Below are positions 33,401 to 39,873 of a DNA stretch of 64,000 nt, piece after piece. The notes beneath the pieces are model-generated. The model had not been told where the DNA came from. It made no database searches and saw nothing but the letters and a program-made list of their open reading frames with translations. The translations under genes and the position numbers were made by a program. The number at the start of each line of letters is the position of its first letter. Within the stretch, counting starts at the first letter, position 1. The DNA comes from a virus, in IMG/VR virus record IMGVR_UViG_3300013093_000020. One strand, given 5' to 3'.

Positions 33401-36400
33401 GCTACAGCTACAACAAGTGCCGGAAATACAATTACTTTAAATTCTACACCAATTACAGCAAATTATGTAAGCGGCGGTGCCTATGTTAACGGTACATATA
33501 CATTAGTATTAACTAATGTTACAGGTACATTACTAGTAGGACAAACTATAATAGGTAATGGATATCTAGCATCACAAAATGTGCAAATAACATCAGTAAC
33601 TAATACTATTAGTAATGGTATTGCTGGAGCAATAATTACTGTGAGTGGTACATATCATTCAGTACCCAATGTAGCACCTGCGCAGTTTGTGTTTAGCCCC
33701 TTATCGATTGGACAACCTGTTGCATTTAATAGTAGTTTTGCAAATATTGTTGCAGGCACATTATATTACATTTTATCTATAACTGGCAATACTATTACTG
33801 TTAGTGCATCACCATTTACAGACCCAACACAGGCTACTCCATTTGTTGTAGGAGCACCAGTTATAACATTAAGTTCTACCTCAAGTATAACTAATTTAAT
33901 TACAGTGAATGATACATCGACTCTCCGAGCAGGAACTACAATTATTCCTACAATTACTTTAGGGGGTATGATACAGGGAACACCGTATTATGTAAATTCT
34001 GTTATCAACTCAACGACCTTCAACATAAGCGTACAACCGTTTAGCGGTGTAGTATTCCAGTTAACTGACACCAACAGCCAAAATGTAACCATAAATGTAG
34101 GTATAAGTTCTCAACTTTTAAGATTACAATTAACCTTAGAGAATACTGCTAATATACCATTAGGGGCCTTAATTACAGGGATTGGATTTAATGGCATAAG
34201 TTCAAATACCCAGGTTGTAGCAATAAACAATTCAACTAACACAATTACCCTAAGTAAAAATATAACTCAAAATATTCTATCAGGTTCAGTGGTATCATTC
34301 AGTTATGCTATTCCCCTAAATTCTTCGGCAACATTTACAAGAACTATACCTAATGTAATACCTAAATTTGATATTACAGGAAAAGGAGTTATAACTTTAT
34401 CATCACCCTTGGCTGCCGGAACAGTTGTTTCGATTGCTAGTTATCTGAATGATGTAAGATTAGATGATCCAAATTATGGAACTAATTTACAAACTAATAC
34501 AAATGCAGTTATGAACACAGTGTTTGCAGATAGTATAAATTCTACTATCACTATACCTGCATCTTTTACAGTTAATGACGGTGATGAATTTATTGTAAGA
34601 CAGTCTACTAGTGACGGAACTGTCAATCTACAAACAAATGATTACGATACTGCAATAAGTGGCGGAGATTTAACTTATGGAACTGCGACAGGATTACTTG
34701 CAGATGATATTATATTAGATGGTGATAATTTAATATCGACAGTTAACAGTTCTGCTCCTGAAGAAGTTATACCGGGACAAGTTTTTGATACTTTAGCTAT
34801 AAAGGTATTTGAAAAACCTACAACTGCCACAGCACTCATTCGTACAGATAATTATCTGGCCGACGGTAGCACAACAATATTTGCGATCAGTCAGACACCG
34901 AATAGTAAAGCAGCTGTAATTGTAAAAACTATACTAGCCGGAGTTCAAACAATTTTAACTTCTGGAACAGATTTTTCAGTTGATTATAGAAATAAACAAA
35001 TTATTTTAACTAATGCTCCAGCATTGCATACTTTAGTATCTATAGTAAGTATTGGTTTCAATGGAGCCAATATTCTTGATATCGATTATTTTGTTGCCGA
35101 CGGAGTACGAGCTGAATATGTTACTAATGTAACTTGGAGACCCAATGTCACGTCAATAGTCTATGTTGACGGTGTAGAATTACCATACGAAATATTCCAA
35201 ACTGATAATACTTATGTTTCCCCAAATCTTATTGGCATTCGCTTCGGCAAAGTTCCTAGCTTACAATCTTTAATTAATTTTGTTATAGTCGATGGTGTCG
35301 ACCAAACATTTAGTATAGTCAATAAGCAAAATATTGTACCAGATGGGTCAACTACAGTGTTTAATTTAAACAACATAGTTGGTAATAGCTTACCTGCCGA
35401 AACAAATATGTTGGTTCGAGTTGGGCAAAATATTTTAACTGCTCCTACTACTAGTTACTTTACTTTATCAGTGGGTCAAACAGTTTATGTTTTAGATCCT
35501 AACAGAGTGGCTCCTAATTCTATATCAGCCCAAGACATCGTTGTAACTATTGGCACAATTACTCTTACTCCCGGTATTGATTACTATCTAGATATAAGCG
35601 GAGTTTCAGTTGATATATTTGAAAGTGTCTTAGGAAAGTATTCAGGAAAAACTATGGTTATAAGTGCAAGGACTGATGCTGGATATCTATATATTCCTCC
35701 TACCGGTATTTTTGCACCGCAAATAAAATTTGCTGTCCCCCCATCAGTTGGTGCAGAAGTTGAAGTTATAAGTTATTACAATCATGATATATTGAATATT
35801 GAGAGAAGTACAATAAGTGCTACAGCATTATCTGCTTTAACACCTAATACACCGGCATACTATAAATTAAATGGAATTTTAGGGGGAATTATTCCTTTAG
35901 ATAGATCTGTTATAGATGAAAACTATGTTTGGGTAATTAAAAATGGAAAATTACTTACACCTAATGTTGATTATGTGCTATATGGTGGTAATCAAAATAT
36001 AAGATTAGGAACCCCATCAATCGTATCTGATCAATTTACTATAATAACTTTCGGTGGAACTATTGTTTCTAACGGTGTTGCATATATGCAATTTAAGGAT
36101 ATGCTCAATAGAACAGTTTATAAACGATTGAGTCTTAATAAACAGACTACATTAGTTAATGATTTATTCCCAACAGACTTAACTATAACAGTTGTTGATG
36201 CTAGTAATTTTGATATACCAAATGTATCTAGCAACAAGCCCGGTATAATTGAGATTAGGGGTGAGCGTATTGAATACTTTACATTGAATGGTAATGTGTT
36301 AGGGCAACTTCGTAGAGGTACATTAGGCACTGGAACTCCGGCTATACACAAAGCTGGCTCGTATGTACAAGACATAGGTTCGGGATCTACCATTCCATAT

Positions 36401-37054
36401 ATAGATACTATAACTACTGACCAAACAGTATCAGATGGAACAAGTGTAGTAAACACGACTTTTGTACCATCCATTATTCCATCATTTAACACACAACACA
36501 ATTATGATTCAGTTGAAGTATTTGTAGGCGGGTATGACGTGACTTCTGAATGGGCATCTGGAGCAAATTATGTTGTTGGTACTATAGTAACTGTGGGTCC
36601 TTATCAATATAGATGTATCACAGCACATACTAGTTCTACAAATTTTGCATCGGATAGTGCTAATTGGGTATTTTTTATAGGTAACATAAGACTTAAAAAG
36701 AATTCTTATGCAGTGTTTAATGTAAATCAAGCACCATATAGTCCCGAAGGCGATGTTACCTTCCCAGCAGATTTTACAGTAGACGGAATATCAGCACAGG
36801 TCACATTGACTAATTTATTAACTCCGGGCACAGGAGTAACAGTAATCAAGATGACTGGTGTGGATTTTGACGGTAAGAAAACTGTAAATATACTAAATGA
36901 TAATGGCGCCGTAGCTCAGTTTATCAAAGCAACACCGGCGGTATGGTATACTGGAATACAGAATTATGGTTACAAATATGTTTTAAAAGATACATTTGAT
37001 AACATCTTTGATACTTTTGATGAAACAAATCTAACTTTCGACCAAGGAAAATAA
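21482..37054 (+). CDS. Giant 5190-aa baseplate/virion structural protein (gp7-like position)
   Basis: Uninterrupted 15.6-kb ORF after gp6; FG-GAP-like repeats, W-x5-Y-x2-G-x-IV-x-Y modules, ITNPGxGY..P repeats. Confidence 0.75.
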   Translation: MADQTNQNGNNFASSTIIPRIYQSDANKKFLTATLDQLMQSGTAKKINGFIGRENAKASTGKDVYVAAVDQTRQNYQLEPGLVIKDTLGNVTFLKDYQDYINQLTVFGSNTSNHARLNKQEMYSWDPHIDWDKFVNFQNYYWLPYGPDVVKISGQQKNIVSTYTVNLVDEGGNYQYVFTPDGLTPNPTITLYKGQTYKFEVNSPGNPFAIKTSRTAGNLDFYNESELITNNGVEVGTLTFSVPEDAPSQLYYLSNNDANAGGLILVLPITDNSSLDVEKDILGKKNYTLPSGISLSNGMKVAFEGTITPSNYSSGTYYVEGVGTSISLVSSDLLEIIKPFTAADPVPFDSGGFDTQPFSDATSYAGTNDYIVINRSSRDQNPWSRFNRWFHKDVITLAAEANGDIPNLDQASRAIRPIIEFEPNIRLYNFGTKALADVDLIDTTTTDVFSYVEGKLGYYIDGIAVANGQRILFTADTDLFVKNKIFQVNYLNIEGSNQIHLTLVDTPLEDNCVLVKQGVSNQGQTYWFDGSVWILAQQKNTVNQQPLFDIVDKNKIKFSDITTYTGSTFAGTKLFSYAVSSTGTTDSALGFPIKYKNIDNIGDIVFNFNLAQDSFTYKLNNTIVSKNVDTGYLIRTSLDGSAEYINGWQITSIPVTQAAIRIYKNSGLVNNFIIDIFDDVNNLDDLIVKIYINGTRLGSENWTIASGTTFKTVVLNTDILTTDVLTIRAFSAQPINDKGYYEIPLNLQNNPLNSNIDTFTLGEVIDHVGSIVDNISGFVGVFPGTSNLRDIANLSTYGTKFVQHSGPLSLGLYHVTNQDTNIIKAIEKSQNDYNIFKRNFITVAENIGIDTDTISLVDLILGKINSTKSNTGPYYFSDMVPYGASIKTDITVLDGRTKTYPLSAVFNLDSLSSKSVLIYQNKNQLIHGRDYTFDNQGFVIITDSVNLQAGDIISIFEYENTDGSFVPETPTKLGIWPAYEPKLYLDTSLINPVMVIQGHDGSQILAYGDYRDNLILELEKRIFNNIKVKYDPTIFDIHDLIPGYTRNTDYTLDEFNEILAPYFYKWATLVDKDFTTPLSFDRNNPLTFNYKGHYAPDGRPVPGYWRGIYRWLFDTDRPNLCPWEMLGFTIEPVWWNSVYGPAPYTSDNLVLWQDIANGVVRDPSAAPYVITKFIRPWLIKHIPVDSQGNILSPYDAGVAQGTITYDTAGDYIFGDVSPVEAAWRRGSYYPFAVLLASLLLQPAKTIGTLLDRSRIVRNLSGQLVYSDTDNRINPGSIELPGLYNSISTTRTAGIINYAINYVLGDSVIKYNSYAYDLSNINTNLTYRIGAFTSKDQFNIILDSRTPLSTSSSVFVPQENYDIVLNSSSPITKINYSGVIVTKLTDGYTVSGYILTNPYFEYYDYQGTGISVNVGGVSHSYLVWHPKQTYAPGNIIQYNGQYYSVLSLHTTIEIFQSQYYSVLGALPVTGGVNAYFKNTWDKSKVIKVPYGTKYSHIQDVVDFLLGYGEYLKDQGFIFDEYNNNLNAISNWETSTKEFMFWTTQNWSTGIDKWQEWSPTQTINYNSIVRYDGDYYQALQTIQPGDATPNTNSHYIKLDGLSTVGSSVISLSPAANKITFNVPLAVVDDITNQFNGYGIYKVDGTEFDFQSLSSFRNGNIVTYTPDNNDGIYGATFYLIQQEQIVIIDNSTMFGDIIYNPETGYRQERLKISSYVTVGWYGGFDVPGFIIDRAQIKNWESYQDYSLGDIVLYQQFYYTANKFLSGSQSFEVTASNGSANWIRLKSKPQPKLIPNWTYKATQFTDFYSLGGDNFDTNQRSVAQHLIGYQKRQYLNDIIQDDVSEFKFYQGMIYEKGTQNVLNKLFDVLSSDNLESLNFYEEWAVRVGQYGSSNAFNEIEFILDESKFITTPQGFELLPSVTQSYKDFIIRLSPKDIYLPPSSYDSNPWPLITNYQSFLRSAGYARLDEVAVTLNSLSDITSQNINNFNEGDYVWCGFENISWNIYRLVRTNIRVSNILYSNSVLTISTTKDLGSIVAGSYIGLKETGIVDINGTYVNSFDGFYQVSSVTNSTMTINVSLPKQPSNPFTGQADIVLFTFLSHRASSIDVLDQVVTPDLKSGELAWTDDNGNGLWSTWQNNPVYDAFEVASPSTSTGLGFGSSVAISQQGNILATTSNSGELIIYTKINSNAPWQIKQGIFIPSGLIAPYTLALSPDSIWLAVGVPSAANGQGTVLLYEQDSNKIFNLKDTVVSPNPTNGENFGSNIQFRQTSPASSNNYKYYTLFVGASGHGSGTGIVYTIDYQQVIQASAIYDPSNSSDGAVTNIIVTNPGQHYSTNPPPTVYITAPTGNVRSQATASATTAIVSATVYSTIDSNGIKLYYGGSGYNLGDKLKINGGVTSGSYAILEVVDVNLDPGSTQYAVGGIKSVVVNSYGNYIAFPSGIVPTTNLTGSGSGAEFLLDTGVISVQITNPGNGYSQPPTIRFLGGGAGAEAYGLIGTAVVLSSVSGIAPGMIISGTGFVSGQKVLQTINSSSTVILSGAPDSTPSGVMNFIIPEWNHAGIGSIIAPSGIGFGASLKSCLSTLVVSAPGSYGIAGKVFVYTNIDSGYTSPSLITNNIQYFGSSIDLSSDAKWLAIGSPYDSDTYLNQGSVNVYNLSNLTTVYQRILSNKAEKNELFGIKLGWMNNNQTLAIYSAGADSVVDETFDGNSTKFDSAFTKFRITILGDGRVDIYDKYNKNYIFSESLANIADIDSSSGTPTYTGRNSAYGSGFTVGTNIVVVGAPSAIVNHVLQGRIFSYSKAPKVLSWKILHTEIAKTDLTKIKRAFIYNRVSNKVVTYLDVIDPLQGKIPGPAEQEITYKTFYDPALYSVSDVTGVNVNPGQAWGKAQVGTLWWDLRTAKFIDSHDDDIIYRTSSWATLFPGASIDIYEWVQTTYTPSQWNALADTIAGLAVNISGQSLYDNNTYCLVKKYDNISKTIKNIYYFWVKNKAVVPKLPNRTIPASGVAQLIGKPETYGYSFLALTGSNSFSLFLNDVKTTVKGTNSVLSVQYWTIDNPKTANIHRQYAIINDNPNTILPSKIEQKWFDSLCGKDQNDNDVPDISLPLKLQYGVEFKPRQSMFVNRIEALKQLIEQVNRYLITYEVVNQRDISPLNSYDTPPVYSGANNTLFVPSGLFDTVIDTDAELVFINVGNFTKPTLQPIIVNGRITGVTIVDPGFGYFQSPYIEVMGTGTGAKIKTVVTNRKITGVEVLSTGAGYDSSTSLILRNYCVLVLNDSQANNTWSICSYDTTSQTWSRIQTQRYDVRNYWSKVDWYASGYNSFTGIDYSVNTFSDLNNLTTNIGQIVKIKNTSQGGWILLEKFASANSADWTQSYKTIAVENGTIQFSSGLYNFSNTVYGFDGALYDGADFDNSASTELRIILNTIKNNILIDDLKQNYLDLFFYSVRYILSEQIEVDWIFKTSFVKAQHNVGALNQPVNYQPDNLPDFQNYIAEVKPYRTKIREYVSDYTYTDPTNSASIDFDLPPMYENGKIVPVQATVQDGQIIVDNVAIDSSDPRYYWKQNAGYKVINLVIVDGGHGYQSEPIVEFVSNSGTGAQARAFIANGSLRNIILTNTDAYGASGNGYLSAPLVVLNGGLIDGGKPARVVAIIGDSPVRSINVGIKFDRTTYGYFITQLTETETFISNGTQLQFPLKWSPNIVLGTNTVTIDGQPALRNTYTLTTVESTSKGYRSYTGLLTFLSNVTKNAVIEITYTKNWNLLNAADRIQYYYNPTSGMPGKDLAQLMTGIDYGGVAVTGIGFDVSYGWDSAPYYSDTWDNSQVSFNDYAVIVGAGNHLITLPYVPPGGTELNIYYKKWYVETHTSTGVETTFTYNIRVQTPQITATLIKPLSSSSFTNIGGSNILTLSDTNGIELNDIVAITPTSANSLLLETYVSNISGNTVTLSVNDPNTGLPTPSVLYNTQNSSNSIAFDTSYVLATATTSAGNTITLNSTPITANYVSGGAYVNGTYTLVLTNVTGTLLVGQTIIGNGYLASQNVQITSVTNTISNGIAGAIITVSGTYHSVPNVAPAQFVFSPLSIGQPVAFNSSFANIVAGTLYYILSITGNTITVSASPFTDPTQATPFVVGAPVITLSSTSSITNLITVNDTSTLRAGTTIIPTITLGGMIQGTPYYVNSVINSTTFNISVQPFSGVVFQLTDTNSQNVTINVGISSQLLRLQLTLENTANIPLGALITGIGFNGISSNTQVVAINNSTNTITLSKNITQNILSGSVVSFSYAIPLNSSATFTRTIPNVIPKFDITGKGVITLSSPLAAGTVVSIASYLNDVRLDDPNYGTNLQTNTNAVMNTVFADSINSTITIPASFTVNDGDEFIVRQSTSDGTVNLQTNDYDTAISGGDLTYGTATGLLADDIILDGDNLISTVNSSAPEEVIPGQVFDTLAIKVFEKPTTATALIRTDNYLADGSTTIFAISQTPNSKAAVIVKTILAGVQTILTSGTDFSVDYRNKQIILTNAPALHTLVSIVSIGFNGANILDIDYFVADGVRAEYVTNVTWRPNVTSIVYVDGVELPYEIFQTDNTYVSPNLIGIRFGKVPSLQSLINFVIVDGVDQTFSIVNKQNIVPDGSTTVFNLNNIVGNSLPAETNMLVRVGQNILTAPTTSYFTLSVGQTVYVLDPNRVAPNSISAQDIVVTIGTITLTPGIDYYLDISGVSVDIFESVLGKYSGKTMVISARTDAGYLYIPPTGIFAPQIKFAVPPSVGAEVEVISYYNHDILNIERSTISATALSALTPNTPAYYKLNGILGGIIPLDRSVIDENYVWVIKNGKLLTPNVDYVLYGGNQNIRLGTPSIVSDQFTIITFGGTIVSNGVAYMQFKDMLNRTVYKRLSLNKQTTLVNDLFPTDLTITVVDASNFDIPNVSSNKPGIIEIRGERIEYFTLNGNVLGQLRRGTLGTGTPAIHKAGSYVQDIGSGSTIPYIDTITTDQTVSDGTSVVNTTFVPSIIPSFNTQHNYDSVEVFVGGYDVTSEWASGANYVVGTIVTVGPYQYRCITAHTSSTNFASDSANWVFFIGNIRLKKNSYAVFNVNQAPYSPEGDVTFPADFTVDGISAQVTLTNLLTPGTGVTVIKMTGVDFDGKKTVNILNDNGAVAQFIKATPAVWYTGIQNYGYKYVLKDTFDNIFDTFDETNLTFDQGK

Positions 37055-37055
37055 A

Positions 37056-39206
37056 ATGTCGCAGCAAATAATAAGTTTAGGAAATACAACCAATGATGGC
37101 ACCGGGGATAGTCTTAGAACAGGTGCTCAGAAAATAAATGCTAATTTTAGCGAACTCTATGCGGCATTAACAACAGCTTCGGTCAAAGGAATAGTACAAG
37201 GAGCAGGGATTAGTGTAAGTAACACCAACGGCGTAGTTACTATAACAAACATAGCTGGAAATAGTGGGTCCTTTAAAAATATTGCTGTACCTGGCCAATC
37301 AAATATTTCTGCTGCGTTATTATCTGATACATTGAATATCACTAGTGGCGGTAATATTACAGTTACTACTAATACTACATCTAATACATTAAATTTTTCT
37401 TTGGCAAATCCTGTAGTAGCTAATTTAACAGGTAATGTAGCAGGTAATGTCACAGGAAATTTAACAGGTAATGTAGCAGGTAATGTAGCAGGAAATTTAA
37501 CAGGTAATGTTACTGCTACTGAAGTAGATGTCTCTACTCTTAAAATTACAGGTAACGCTATTACTGCTCAGCAAGCGATGGCAAATTTACAAAGCCAGAT
37601 TGCTACACTAAATTCACAGTATTCAACTTTACAAAGTGAGATAACAGCTGCTCAAAGCACAATAAGTGGATTAGACCCAGTATCACAAGCCGGGCTTATT
37701 GCAAATTATTATGCTCAAATAAGCGGATGGCAAAACCAAGAAACTAATTTGCAAGGACAAATCCAACTTTTACAGCATCAGTATAATACTATTAGTGCAG
37801 GGCTTGCTAGCCCTAATGCAGCAATTACCTATGATGCTGCTACATTAAATTTAAATGTTAGTACAGGAATAATTGCTTCTTCATTTACAGGTGCTATTGT
37901 TCCCACTGCACCAGTGGTATTTCCAACTTATGATCAAACTTCTATAAATGCACTAACTCCATCTTCGGGAGCAGTTTTATATAACAGTTCTACAAGTCAA
38001 CTTTTAGTATATGCTGCCGGATCGTGGCAACCACTAGGCGGACATATAAGTGTTGATGCTGGTACATTGATTGGAAACAGATTAGCATCGACTGTAACTA
38101 ATTCAAATTTGACAACATTGGGAGTTGTCACCTCGGGAACATGGAGTGCAACACCGATTACAAATAGTTACCTAGCTAATCCAAATGTAACTATCAATGG
38201 AACAACTATTGCATTAGGAGCTAGCGGTAGTATCACAGTACCAGCATCGGCGATTACTGGCAACACTTTACCAACTACCTTAACTAATTCCTCATTAAAC
38301 ACAGTTGGAACATTATCTAGTCTAAATGTTGCTACAAACATTAATGCAGCAACCATAAGCCTAACTACAGGATTGAGTATGGGCGGAGTGGCACTTATCG
38401 ATAATCACGGAAACTGGCTCGGCCCAACAGCAGGACTAGTGGGCGGACAAGGCCCACAAGGTGCTACAGGTGCTAAGGGAGATACCGGAGCATCTGGTAC
38501 AATTACATTAGGGACAGTGACCACTCTAGCCTCAGGAAGTCAAGTACAAATAACCAATAGCGGCACGCCATCGGCTGCGGTGTTTAATTTTTCAATTCCA
38601 CAAGGAGCCAAAGGGGATCCCGGCGACACGATCATTGGCCCAGCCGGTACTATTTCAGTTGGCACAGTTACACAAGGTATTCCGGGGTCAACACCATCGG
38701 TTACTAATTCTGGAACATCAACTGCTGCAGTTTTAAATTTTGTCATCCCTCAAGGAAATGTAGGACCAACAGGAACTGGCGTGGTCTACGGAGTTATTAC
38801 TTTGTGGTATGGTGATGTAAATGCAGTGCCTGCACATTGGGCATTATGTGATGGTACTAATGGTACACCTGATCTTAGAGACAAATTCATTGTAGGAGCC
38901 GGTAGATCCTATAGTGTGGGGGAAACGGGCGGATCTGCAGATACTACTTTGCCATATCATACGCACTCAATTACTGATCCCGGTCATCACCATGAAGACC
39001 CCTACGCAGAAGGTGGAGTACCATTCCCAGTAGTGCCTAATACTTATGGAGCGGCCGGGTCCTCTGCTACAGACAGTGATCAAAGTAGGTACTATACAGG
39101 TATGGCTCTTACGGGAATTACAGCTACAGATGCAGCAGGATCGTCGCCTACTGGAGCTAATTTGCCTCCATATAAAGCATTATGCTACATTATGTTTGTA
39201 GGATAA
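37056..39206 (+). CDS. Tail fibre with gp9/gp10-type N-terminus, collagen-like segment and collar domain
   Basis: NDGTGDSLRTGAQKINANFSELY; GNLT/GNVA repeats; GPQGATGAKGDTG; WALCDGTNGTPDLRDKF; LPPYKALCYIM. Confidence 0.85.
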   Translation: MSQQIISLGNTTNDGTGDSLRTGAQKINANFSELYAALTTASVKGIVQGAGISVSNTNGVVTITNIAGNSGSFKNIAVPGQSNISAALLSDTLNITSGGNITVTTNTTSNTLNFSLANPVVANLTGNVAGNVTGNLTGNVAGNVAGNLTGNVTATEVDVSTLKITGNAITAQQAMANLQSQIATLNSQYSTLQSEITAAQSTISGLDPVSQAGLIANYYAQISGWQNQETNLQGQIQLLQHQYNTISAGLASPNAAITYDAATLNLNVSTGIIASSFTGAIVPTAPVVFPTYDQTSINALTPSSGAVLYNSSTSQLLVYAAGSWQPLGGHISVDAGTLIGNRLASTVTNSNLTTLGVVTSGTWSATPITNSYLANPNVTINGTTIALGASGSITVPASAITGNTLPTTLTNSSLNTVGTLSSLNVATNINAATISLTTGLSMGGVALIDNHGNWLGPTAGLVGGQGPQGATGAKGDTGASGTITLGTVTTLASGSQVQITNSGTPSAAVFNFSIPQGAKGDPGDTIIGPAGTISVGTVTQGIPGSTPSVTNSGTSTAAVLNFVIPQGNVGPTGTGVVYGVITLWYGDVNAVPAHWALCDGTNGTPDLRDKFIVGAGRSYSVGETGGSADTTLPYHTHSITDPGHHHEDPYAEGGVPFPVVPNTYGAAGSSATDSDQSRYYTGMALTGITATDAAGSSPTGANLPPYKALCYIMFVG
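37422..37513 (+). repeat. 12-bp tandem repeats encoding GNLT/GNVA/GNVT
   Basis: About 7-8 units such as ggtaatgtagca/ggaaatttaaca with a 36-bp higher-order period. Confidence 0.85.
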
Positions 39207-39255
39207 AACTAGCAGATAATTTGTATAGATAAATATTGAATCAAGAGAGATCATT

Positions 39256-39870
39256 ATGCAAGGTAACGAAAAAACTGGAATTTATATTCGAGGGCATATC
39301 AAAATACACGATCCGTCAACAGGCGAAGTGTTTATTGATAAACCAAACGCAATCCATTACGAAAATATGAGTATAGCTCTCGCTGAAAGTGTTAGCAATA
39401 GCGGTAAAGGGATTATTAATCAAATGGCCTTTGGAAACGGTGGTACTTATGTTGACCCCACTGGTATTATTACATATTTGACCCCGAATACTTCTGGTTC
39501 AAATGCTGCTCTTTATAATCAAACCTATGCAAAAATAGTTGATCAAACTAACACCCTTAATAATGATCCTACAAGGAATTTTTTAGAAACAAGACATACT
39601 ACGGGCACAAACTATACAGATATTTTAGTAACTTGCCTATTAGATTATGGTGAAAATATCACAGGACAAAGTGCATTTGACACTACAAATAATAACAATA
39701 GTCCAGCAGTTATTGATGAACTTGGTCTTGTTTCATATAACTATACTACAAAAACACCGTTACTTTTAACACATGTGGTATTTCATCCTGTGCAAAAAAG
39801 TTTAAATCGTCTAATACAGATAGATTATACAGTGAGAGTTCAAAGCCTTACTGGCGCAACAGGAGTATAA
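39256..39870 (+). CDS. Virion structural protein (baseplate/fibre attachment)
   Basis: 204 aa, GATAAATA late motif at 39228-39235, located in fibre cluster. Confidence 0.55.
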   Translation: MQGNEKTGIYIRGHIKIHDPSTGEVFIDKPNAIHYENMSIALAESVSNSGKGIINQMAFGNGGTYVDPTGIITYLTPNTSGSNAALYNQTYAKIVDQTNTLNNDPTRNFLETRHTTGTNYTDILVTCLLDYGENITGQSAFDTTNNNNSPAVIDELGLVSYNYTTKTPLLLTHVVFHPVQKSLNRLIQIDYTVRVQSLTGATGV

Positions 39871-39873
39871 TAT

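Noticed and set aside
37422-37513. Possible CRISPR-like array
   Set aside because: Repeats are adjacent, in-frame coding units with no spacers
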